Shown: positions 37,158 to 45,136 of the stretch, one piece after another | How the letters are laid out: every line of letters starts with the position of its first letter | Position numbering within the stretch: the stretch's first letter is position 1 | NCBI GenBank assembly: GCA_963843415.1 | Contig: CAWJKD010000005.1 | Span: 563,059 to 627,058 of the forward strand | Length of the DNA: 64,000 nt | Reading direction: 5' to 3' | Origin: an uncultured Bacteroidota bacterium | GTDB lineage: Bacteria; Bacteroidota; Bacteroidia; Bacteroidales; VadinHA17 | Translations under genes and position numbers: made by a program | The notes under the pieces: generated by a model | What the model was told of the DNA's origin: nothing | The model's input: only the letters and a program-made list of their open reading frames with translations | The model's database searches: none

Positions 37158-37950
37158 TCCGTTTAACTGGATATTACTGATACTTTCGTCACTGGTACTC
37201 TTATTCATTCTTGCGCCACTGGCAGGAATGTTCCTTCACACTGAAGGTACGGAATTGCTCGAGACGATCAATGACAAAGAGGTTCAGGAAAGCATCTGGC
37301 TGACTCTTTGGGTATCTTTTGCAGCTACATTCTTTTTTGCCATCGGAGCCGTTCCACTTGCCTGGCTGTTGGCCAGGAAGAAATTCCCAATGAAGAATAT
37401 TGTTCAGGGGATTATTGATCTACCTATAGTATTACCTCATACTGCAGCAGGGATTGCAGTCCTGGGATTTATATCACGGGATGGGTTTCTTGGTAAAGCT
37501 GCTGATACTATTGGACTTACATTCATCAACAAACCGGCAGGGATTGCACTTGCAATGGCTTTTGTAAGCCTTCCGTTCCTGATCAACTCCGCACGTGACG
37601 GCTTTGCAGCTGTCCCTGAACGACTTGAAAAGGCAGCCCTTACTCTTGGAGCAAACAGCTCCAGGGTGTTCTTTACTGTCTCCCTTCCTCTTGCCTGGAG
37701 AAGCATTATGACAGGATTCGTTATGATGTTTGCCCGCGGGATGAGTGAATTCGGAGCTGTGGTCATAGTAGCATATCACCCTATGATCGCTCCTGTTATG
37801 ATATATGACAGGTTCACATCGTTCGGCCTTAAATATGCCCGGCCGGCTTCTGTGATCTTTCTGATAGTTGCACTTTTAGTTTTTCTGTTACTGAGACTGA
37901 TTGCGGTAAGGAAAAAGGAAATTCCAGTTTCTTCAGATGTTGAAACTTAA
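37144..37950 (+). CDS. wtpB: tungstate/molybdate ABC transporter permease
   Basis: Multi-TM protein with an EAA-like loop (LEKAALTLGANSSRVFFTVSLP). ATG at 37144 (track GTG at 37138). Overlaps wtpA. Confidence 0.75.
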   Translation: MIRYNPFNWILLILSSLVLLFILAPLAGMFLHTEGTELLETINDKEVQESIWLTLWVSFAATFFFAIGAVPLAWLLARKKFPMKNIVQGIIDLPIVLPHTAAGIAVLGFISRDGFLGKAADTIGLTFINKPAGIALAMAFVSLPFLINSARDGFAAVPERLEKAALTLGANSSRVFFTVSLPLAWRSIMTGFVMMFARGMSEFGAVVIVAYHPMIAPVMIYDRFTSFGLKYARPASVIFLIVALLVFLLLRLIAVRKKEIPVSSDVET

Positions 37951-38998
37951 CCATATAAGCAGGAATTTTGGCAATTTTGCACTTTCCGATATCAGTATTC
38001 ATATACCGGAAGGAGATTATTATGTTCTTTTAGGCAGATCAGGATCGGGAAAAACACAGCTCCTTGAACTCATTGCCGGACTTAATGATCCTGATTCTGG
38101 TGAGATATGGATCGATAATGTGAATGTTACTAAGGTCAAAATGCAGAAACGCAATGCAGGCCTGATGTTTCAGGATTTTGCGATATTCCCCAACATGACA
38201 GTTTTTGGTAATATAGCCTATCCCATGCACTGTAGAAAACATGGAAGAATAGAGATAAACCGTGAAGTAAACCAGATTGCGGGAGAACTTAATATCAGAC
38301 ATCTTTTAAGCCGCTATACACAAAATCTGTCTTCCGGGGAGTTACAGAGGGTTGCTCTGGCCCGGACCCTTATTACTTCTCCAAAATTACTTCTTCTTGA
38401 TGAACCTATGGCTTCCGTTGATGCCAGCCTCAAGGATGATATTAAAAAGATCTTCCGTCAGCTTAATAAAAAAGGACTTACAATAATTCATGTAACTCAT
38501 GATTACAGAGAAGCTTTGAGCCTCGCTTCCAGGGTAGGTGTGTTGCATAACGGGCATATAATACAGGAGGGAACGCCGGATGAGGTATTCGGCAGACCTG
38601 CCAGCAAATTTGTTGCACGATATGCAGGGATAAAGAATTTCATCAGGGTAAAATTCACCCGCGACAAAGGTCTCTGGAAAGCCAGTAGTGAGGATCATCT
38701 GGTTGAATTTGAAATAAATCCGGGGGAATATCCACAGGAAGGGCTTATAGTAATAAGAAATGATACCATTAGCATTCATAATTCAGAACCATCAGACGAC
38801 TCGGTAAATTGTTATAAAGGTGTTGTAAGAGAGATATTCCCATCGGAAAATGGATTTGAAGTTATGGTCGATGCAGGGGAGAAATTTTATATTGATGTTT
38901 CCTCAGATAAGTATAAATTGCTTAAGCTACGTGAGGTATCAGAGGTGTGGATAACATTTCCTCCTGAAGCAGCGATTGTCCTGAAGGCTGAAGGCTGA
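37937..38998 (+). CDS. wtpC: tungstate/molybdate ABC transporter ATP-binding protein
   Basis: 353 aa. Walker A GRSGSGKT, signature LSSGELQR, Walker B LLLLDEP, and a C-terminal TOBE-like extension. The last 6 codons lie inside the heptamer array. Confidence 0.75.
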   Translation: MLKLNHISRNFGNFALSDISIHIPEGDYYVLLGRSGSGKTQLLELIAGLNDPDSGEIWIDNVNVTKVKMQKRNAGLMFQDFAIFPNMTVFGNIAYPMHCRKHGRIEINREVNQIAGELNIRHLLSRYTQNLSSGELQRVALARTLITSPKLLLLDEPMASVDASLKDDIKKIFRQLNKKGLTIIHVTHDYREALSLASRVGVLHNGHIIQEGTPDEVFGRPASKFVARYAGIKNFIRVKFTRDKGLWKASSEDHLVEFEINPGEYPQEGLIVIRNDTISIHNSEPSDDSVNCYKGVVREIFPSENGFEVMVDAGEKFYIDVSSDKYKLLKLREVSEVWITFPPEAAIVLKAEG

Positions 38999-39101
38999 AG
39001 GCTGAAGGCAGAAGGCAGAAGGCAGAAGGCAGAAGGCAGAAGGCAGAAGGCAGAAGGCAGAAGGCAGAAAGGCAGAAAGGCAGAAGGCAGAAGGCAGAAA
39101 G
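38981..39101. repeat. heptanucleotide tandem repeat, about 17 units
   Basis: (CTGAAGG)x4 at 38981-39008, (CAGAAGG)x8 at 39009-39064, (CAGAAAGG)x2, (CAGAAGG)x2, then CAGAAAG. It is followed by about 90 nt of purine-rich sequence. Confidence 0.95.
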
Positions 39102-39234
39102 AGCAAAAGACAAAAGAAACAAGACTGAAGAGGTTGATAGTGAATTGGTGGTTGGTAAATGGCAGTTGGCAAAAGACAAGGCAAAAGAATTGGTAATAAA
39201 AATAATTTTTAACTCTGAAGAATTATAGAACGGT

Positions 39235-40416
39235 ATGGAGATGATAACTTTTGAGAAAGCTTACGAAATTGTTATGAATTCGGAGGTCAGTTCAGGAACG
39301 GAGAACATTCAATTTCAGAATTCTCATGGCCGTATCCTGGCAGGAAATGTAGTAAGTGATACCGATATGCCTCCGTTTGATAAAGCTTCAATGGATGGCT
39401 TTGCATGCAGCAGGAAGGATATCGGCCTTGATCTTAAGGTTATTGAAACCATACCTGCCGGAAAATTTCCTGAAAAAGAGATCAGGAACGGCGAGTGTTC
39501 AAGAATAATGACAGGAGCACCGGTCCCGGTTGGAGCCGATTGCGTTGTAATGGTTGAGGATACTGAGGTTCTTCCTTCGGGAAAGATCAGGATTACAGCT
39601 GACTCATCAAGAGATAACATAGCTTATAAAGGTGAAGATATAAGAAAAGGAGATATAGTACTTAAAGCAGGAAGGATCATTAAACCGCAGGATATAGCCG
39701 TCATGGCTTCTGCCGGACATTTATCGGTATTGGTAAGCAGGATTCCACGGGTTGCAGTTATCAGCTCGGGAAGCGAGCTTGTTGAACCTTCAGAAATCCC
39801 GGGGAATTCTCAGATCAGAAACAGTAATTCATACCAGCTTATGGCACAGGTTGAAAGGACCGGTGCCAGGGGCAGATACTATGGAATTGCAAAAGATGAT
39901 GAGGAGGAGACATTCTCGGTCATCAAAACGGCAATTTCTGAAAATGACCTCGTAATTATTACCGGTGGAGTGTCGGTCGGTGATTTCGATTTTGTCCCTG
40001 CTGTACTGAAGAGGGCAGGAGTTGATATCCTGTTTACGAGGGTGGCCGTTAAACCGGGAAGGCCCACAACGTTCGGCAAGGCAGGTGATAAGTTTGTTTT
40101 CGGCCTCCCAGGAAATCCGGTCTCTTCATACCTGCTGTTTGAGTTGCTTGTCAGACCATTCTTATATAAGATGATGGGGTACAACTGGAAACCGCAAATA
40201 ATGAAGCTTCCCATGAAGGAGCGTATTTCAAGGAAATCTTCTGACAGGATGGCGCTGATTCCCGTTGTCATAACCGATGATCAAAGTGTAATGCCGGTTG
40301 AATATCACGGTTCTGCTCACATTTCTGCACTCCCAGATGCTGATGGGATAATAGAATTACCAATAGGAATTCAAATAGTTGAGAAAGGTGAAATTGTAAG
40401 TGTACGACAGATTTAA
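39235..40416 (+). CDS. moeA: molybdopterin molybdenum/tungsten transferase
   Basis: 393 aa. PPFD.ASMDGFA, RIMTGAP.P.GAD, and TGGVSVGDFD. Confidence 0.9.
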   Translation: MEMITFEKAYEIVMNSEVSSGTENIQFQNSHGRILAGNVVSDTDMPPFDKASMDGFACSRKDIGLDLKVIETIPAGKFPEKEIRNGECSRIMTGAPVPVGADCVVMVEDTEVLPSGKIRITADSSRDNIAYKGEDIRKGDIVLKAGRIIKPQDIAVMASAGHLSVLVSRIPRVAVISSGSELVEPSEIPGNSQIRNSNSYQLMAQVERTGARGRYYGIAKDDEEETFSVIKTAISENDLVIITGGVSVGDFDFVPAVLKRAGVDILFTRVAVKPGRPTTFGKAGDKFVFGLPGNPVSSYLLFELLVRPFLYKMMGYNWKPQIMKLPMKERISRKSSDRMALIPVVITDDQSVMPVEYHGSAHISALPDADGIIELPIGIQIVEKGEIVSVRQI

Positions 40417-41200
40417 AAGATCAATAAATTACCTTCGTATTTCTGTTACTGACAGGTGTAACCTGCGCTGTCTGTATTGCATGCCGGAAAATGGGATTCA
40501 TCTGCTGAAGCATGAAGATATACTATCATTTAGTGAGATCACAAATTTTACTGAGGTTGCAGTGAAAAGCGGTGTATCCAGGGTCAGAATAACCGGTGGC
40601 GAACCTTTGGTAAGAAAAGATATCGTGACTCTGGTGAAAATGATTACAGGGGTCAGAGGGATAAAAGATCTTTCGATGACAACCAACGGAGTACTCCTGA
40701 GCAAGTTTGCTCACGACCTTAAGCTGGCGGGATTGCATCGTGTTAATATCAGCCTCGATACAATGGATCCGGCAAGATTTGCAGTTTTGACAAGAGGCGG
40801 AAACCTGAATGAAGTACTGGAAGGGATTGATACTGCAATCAGGGAAAAACTGATGCCGGTTAAGATCAACTGTGTAGTCAATGAATCAAAAGGAGAAGAA
40901 GATGCCAGAGGAGTAACGGAGTTTTGTCTTAAAAATAATCTGGAAATCAGGTATATTCGTCAGATGGATCTGGTAAAGGGACATTTTTTCCCTGTTGAAG
41001 GAGGGAAAGGCGGTAACTGCTCATCGTGCAACCGTATCCGGCTTACTGCAAACGGGAAACTAAAACCCTGCCTGTTCAGTGACATCGAATTTGATATCAG
41101 GAAAACAGGATATGAAGAAGCACTCAGGAAAGCCATTGAAACAAAACCGGAACACGGTTTTAACAATATGACCGGTAAATTTTATAATATTGGAGGTTAA
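40400..41200 (+). CDS. moaA: GTP 3',8-cyclase (radical SAM), short form
   Basis: 266 aa, GTG start. YLRISVTDRCNLRCLYCMP (CxxxCxxC), a second cluster CSSC-x13-C, ending in GG. Overlaps moeA by 17 nt. Confidence 0.85.
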   Translation: MYDRFKRSINYLRISVTDRCNLRCLYCMPENGIHLLKHEDILSFSEITNFTEVAVKSGVSRVRITGGEPLVRKDIVTLVKMITGVRGIKDLSMTTNGVLLSKFAHDLKLAGLHRVNISLDTMDPARFAVLTRGGNLNEVLEGIDTAIREKLMPVKINCVVNESKGEEDARGVTEFCLKNNLEIRYIRQMDLVKGHFFPVEGGKGGNCSSCNRIRLTANGKLKPCLFSDIEFDIRKTGYEEALRKAIETKPEHGFNNMTGKFYNIGG

Positions 41201-41205
41201 CCTAA

Positions 41206-41652
41206 ATGAAAAACCTGACACATACTGATAAGCAAGGAAAAGCTATAATGGTAGATATTGGTGATAAGGAGATTGTTACACGGATAGCCAGGGCTGGTGG
41301 ACACATAAGACTCTCTCCTGATACACTGAGACTGCTTGAACAAAATCACCTGAAGAAAGGAGATGTTCTGGCAGTTGCACAGATTGCCGGGATAAATGCT
41401 GCAAAAGAGACAGCTTCACTAATCCCGCTATGCCATAATATAGCTCTTGAGAATATCAGGGTAGACCTTAAATCGGACAAGAATGGAGTGAATGCAGAAA
41501 GTGAGGTAAGATGCACCGGCAAAACAGGGGCAGAGATGGAGGCATTGACCGCTGTTTCTGTTGCTCTTCTTACAGTGTATGATATGTGTAAGGCAGTCGA
41601 TAAAACAATGGTCATTGAGAAAATTGAGCTGATTGAAAAAGTAAAAAGATGA
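41206..41652 (+). CDS. moaC: cyclic pyranopterin monophosphate synthase
   Basis: 148 aa. MVDIGDK, LIPLCHNI, and TGKTGAEMEALTAVSVALLTVYDM. Confidence 0.9.
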   Translation: MKNLTHTDKQGKAIMVDIGDKEIVTRIARAGGHIRLSPDTLRLLEQNHLKKGDVLAVAQIAGINAAKETASLIPLCHNIALENIRVDLKSDKNGVNAESEVRCTGKTGAEMEALTAVSVALLTVYDMCKAVDKTMVIEKIELIEKVKR

Positions 41653-42164
41653 TTCTTCCTGAAAAATATGAAACGCTGGTTGTGACTGTCAGCGACAGGG
41701 CATACAGAGGTGATTATGAAGATCTGAGCGGACCTGCTGTAAAGGAAAGATTATCAGCGTTTTTTAATTCGGAAGGATGGCTTTACAATATAAATATCAG
41801 GCTCATTCCCGACGATCCTCAGGTGCTTAAAGAGTTACTGGAGAGAGCGGGGAAAGAATATAATATTATAATTACTACAGGAGGTACAGGTATCGGTCCG
41901 CACGACATAACAGTTGATACAATCCGTCCGCTTCTTTCAAAGGAGATCCCGGGGATAATGGAGTTCATAAGAATAAAATACGGAACTGAAAAACCGAATG
42001 CACTTCTGAGCCGGAGTATCGCCGGTATTATCGGTAAATCGCTGATATATGCCCTCCCCGGATCGGTAAGAGCGGTAGATGAGTACCTGACAGAGATCCT
42101 TAAGACTCTCAGGCATGCAATATTAATGCAGTATGGTATTGATGCGCACAGGAAGGATCAGTAG
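41649..42164 (+). CDS. moaB: MogA/MoaB-family molybdopterin adenylyltransferase
   Basis: 171 aa. VSDR...GDYEDLSG, and TTGGTGIGPHD. 4-nt overlap with moaC. Confidence 0.8.
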   Translation: MILPEKYETLVVTVSDRAYRGDYEDLSGPAVKERLSAFFNSEGWLYNINIRLIPDDPQVLKELLERAGKEYNIIITTGGTGIGPHDITVDTIRPLLSKEIPGIMEFIRIKYGTEKPNALLSRSIAGIIGKSLIYALPGSVRAVDEYLTEILKTLRHAILMQYGIDAHRKDQ

Positions 42165-43447
42165 GAGAGGTTATTAAGAGTATTCACCGTTGCGGTTGAG
42201 ATTACCCTGTCATAACGATCCCCGGGATTCCTGCAATAAACAAGGATCATATAATCATTTTCAGTCTCATAATGGCTCCCTTCAAATGGTTCAGTAACTT
42301 CAGCCTTTTTGTTATCCTTCAGGAAAACATACTCATAATTATACCAGCCCTGCTTTAATAGCAATGTACATTCATATTGCCTGGTCTGACGGTTGTAGGT
42401 CATCATATTATCTTCCCTGAATGACCAGTTTGTAAGGTTTCCCAGGATGTACATCCTGCCGGCTTCAGGTATGTTATCTGACTGTAGGGTAAAATATACA
42501 TTTACGTAATCCGCATCAGTCTCAGCATCTTTTCCTTCATCTGATGCTATATAATATTTACCATTGAAATCCTGCCAGTAGAAATATGGCTTAAATTGCC
42601 TTGTTTCGGAGGGTTTAAGATAAACATTATAATATGGGGACATAAAATCAATCCTCAGGACGAATTCTGACTGAAATTTGATGCTTTTAATATCGAAGTA
42701 CCTGAATTCATTTCCTCCACTGAAAATATTTTTATCTGATAATGAATTGTATATAAGTTCATTACTGCCAGAAACATCAGGTTTTAGATTCTTTTTTGCA
42801 TTATCCCAACGGCCGTTCTGAAGTATAAAAGAATAGATATTCCTGTATGGATCTATAATATTCAAACCGGCTATATTAACTGTAAAATCAATCTGCTGAC
42901 CTGCATTATCATTCAGGGTCATCATTGGCCTGTGTGTCCTGATGTCAACTTTTGCAGCATCTTCAGTCACTGTAAACCGTTGAGTGAATGCCGGATTATC
43001 CTGATTTTCAGCGGGATAAACCATAAGAATATAATTACCAGACAGTTTTATATTTACCCTGTCGTTGGGAAGAAGGAGTTTATAGTGGAAATAATCTACA
43101 GTTGTATTGAAAGATGGTCTGTAATCTTCAATTGGATTTTCAGGAAATCCTCCGATATAATCACTCGTAAAAATATCGGACTTTTTCCAGTCCTTATCGC
43201 AGTGCAGGATTGTATAATAAAAAGTCTCATTCCTGTTTCCGATTAAATCGAACTGAAGCACCAGTTTTTCACTGCTGTTTAGTTTTATAATGGGATATGA
43301 CAGGTTCCATCCTTCCTTGTAGAGCTGAACAGTTTTTATTCCCGGATTGAAAATGTGATTCTTATAATACAAAGAATCCGTATCGGCACCATTCACCAAA
43401 CCTGCTGAAAAAAGAAAACCTGTAATTAAAATCAATAATCCTCGCAT
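42158..43447 (-). CDS. DUF5103-like secreted protein (family I recall being linked to the T9SS SprA 'plug')
   Basis: 429 aa. Signal peptide, then VQLYKEGWNLSYPIIKL...LVLQFDL....ETFYYTILHCDKDWKKSD, resembling the DUF5103 N-terminal signature from memory. Confidence 0.45.
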   Translation of the reverse strand: MRGLLILITGFLFSAGLVNGADTDSLYYKNHIFNPGIKTVQLYKEGWNLSYPIIKLNSSEKLVLQFDLIGNRNETFYYTILHCDKDWKKSDIFTSDYIGGFPENPIEDYRPSFNTTVDYFHYKLLLPNDRVNIKLSGNYILMVYPAENQDNPAFTQRFTVTEDAAKVDIRTHRPMMTLNDNAGQQIDFTVNIAGLNIIDPYRNIYSFILQNGRWDNAKKNLKPDVSGSNELIYNSLSDKNIFSGGNEFRYFDIKSIKFQSEFVLRIDFMSPYYNVYLKPSETRQFKPYFYWQDFNGKYYIASDEGKDAETDADYVNVYFTLQSDNIPEAGRMYILGNLTNWSFREDNMMTYNRQTRQYECTLLLKQGWYNYEYVFLKDNKKAEVTEPFEGSHYETENDYMILVYCRNPGDRYDRVISTATVNTLNNLSY

Positions 43448-43675
43448 AAAATGAGATTCCGGTGATAACTGAACAAAAATAGTGCAAAATGTTGCAAAAT
43501 ATCTGGTAATTTATTTTAAAATTTGACGGGTAATTTTTGTCAGAACCGTTGCCGAAAGATAATTAGACTGTTTTTCCAGGTTTTATACATCAGGTACTGC
43601 AAATATTGCATTTGATGATTTCGGAATCTAAAATAGACTCACGGAGTTACACAGAGATAAAATTCAGGTAAAAAT

Positions 43676-44686
43676 ATGAATAACAGATTGTTAACCGAAT
43701 GTATTATTTTCATGCTTTTTCTTTCCGCCTGTAAAGAAGAGCCGACCACTTTTTCTGATTTCAACGGATTTACGCAGGGCACAACCTACAGTATTGTGTA
43801 TAAAAATCCGGGTAACCTCAGTCCGGATGAACTCAAGGCCGGGGTTGAAAAGATCCTTTACGATTTTGATATGTCACTGTCTCTATATCAGGACTCCTCG
43901 ATAGTTTCAAAGATCAACAGGAATGAGGCTGCTATCCCTGATTCATTTTTTATTGATGTTTTCTCGAAATCGAAGGATATTTCATTACTGACAGACGGAG
44001 CTTTTGATGTAACCGTAGGGCCATTGGTAAAAGCCTGGGGTTTCGGGCCTGATGCCATAAAGAACTTTAGAGAATCGATCCGTGACAGTCTCCTGGCATT
44101 TGTGGGGATTGATAATGTGGCGATTAAAGATGGTTTGCTGACTAAATCTGATCCGCGTATAAGTCTGGATTTTAATGCTATTGCCCAGGGTTATGCCGTT
44201 GATGTTGTATGCAGTTATTTTGACAGGCTTGGATTGAATAGCTATTTGGTTGAGATTGGAGGTGAAGTAAGGGTCAGAGGTGATAAAAATGGCATTCGCT
44301 GGAGAATAGGGATCGACAGACCTGAAGATAATAATATGACCCCCGGTGATGACCTTCAGGCTGTAATTAATCTTAAAGACAAGTCCCTGGCAACCTCAGG
44401 TAACTACAGAAAATTTTATATTGAAGATGGAATTAAGTATTCTCATACGATCGATCCAAAAACAGGCTATCCTGCAAGGAATACACTGCTAAGTGCAACT
44501 ATCCTAGCTGACGAATGTGCAACAGCAGATGGTATTGCAACAGCGTGCATGGTGATAGGAAAAGATAAGGCTATTGAATTCATTGAAAAGCACCCGGAGT
44601 TTGAAGCTTATCTTATTTATTCGGATGATTCCGGTAATTTCAAAACCTGGACATCAGAAAATCTGAAGAAATATATTTCTGAATAA
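43676..44686 (+). CDS. apbE: FAD:protein FMN transferase
   Basis: 336 aa. Lipoprotein signal (LFLSAC), FDVTVGPLV..WGFG, AIAQGYAVD, SGNY, and HTIDPKTG. Confidence 0.85.
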   Translation: MNNRLLTECIIFMLFLSACKEEPTTFSDFNGFTQGTTYSIVYKNPGNLSPDELKAGVEKILYDFDMSLSLYQDSSIVSKINRNEAAIPDSFFIDVFSKSKDISLLTDGAFDVTVGPLVKAWGFGPDAIKNFRESIRDSLLAFVGIDNVAIKDGLLTKSDPRISLDFNAIAQGYAVDVVCSYFDRLGLNSYLVEIGGEVRVRGDKNGIRWRIGIDRPEDNNMTPGDDLQAVINLKDKSLATSGNYRKFYIEDGIKYSHTIDPKTGYPARNTLLSATILADECATADGIATACMVIGKDKAIEFIEKHPEFEAYLIYSDDSGNFKTWTSENLKKYISE

Positions 44687-44993
44687 GCCTGCCGGAGTTC
44701 ATTTTCTTATTCCACAGGTCGAACATACTTGATTTTCATTTTTCGGATTACAGCCGACATCGGTATTGTGTGCACAGGTGATGCCGCGTTTTTGCATCTC
44801 CTTATTACGGCCCACATGGGCTTCAGGGAAACCTCCTCCTATTTAAGAAGTATCCTGATCCCCTAAAGGGCAAAAACCAATAGCAGGAAAAGTACGCTTA
44901 TTATCAGTAATTTCAGGAACATGGCAATTAATTACACTTGGTTTTCAAAGATAATCATCATTTCATCAGTATATAATTTTTTTTTAATGGTCT

Positions 44994-45061
44994 GATGGAA
45001 CCCACATGTCTGAATATTATGTACATACGTGTTTGTGTTTGCATTACATGTGGGTTTCATC
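44994..45061. promoter_or_regulatory. 16-bp imperfect inverted repeat upstream of the E1 gene
   Basis: GATGGAACCCACATGT (44994-45009) and ACATGTGGGTTTCATC (45046-45061), with one mismatch and a 36-nt spacer. Lies 76 nt upstream of the ATG at 45137. Confidence 0.3.
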
Positions 45062-45136
45062 ATCATACTTTAAACAACACTTCTCTTTTTTTGTTTATTG
45101 ATTGCAGATCAGGAAACAACATAAATAAGAATACTA

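Noticed and set aside
38981-39101. A CRISPR array
   Set aside because: The unit is 7-8 nt with no unique spacers and no cas genes. It is a microsatellite-type tandem repeat.
38922-39184. Two minus-strand ORFs (85 and 81 aa) with [14 protein letters not shown]-type repeats
   Set aside because: They are simply translations of the heptanucleotide array and the purine-rich tract. The periodic low-complexity peptide appears in two overlapping frames, and there is no independent coding signal.
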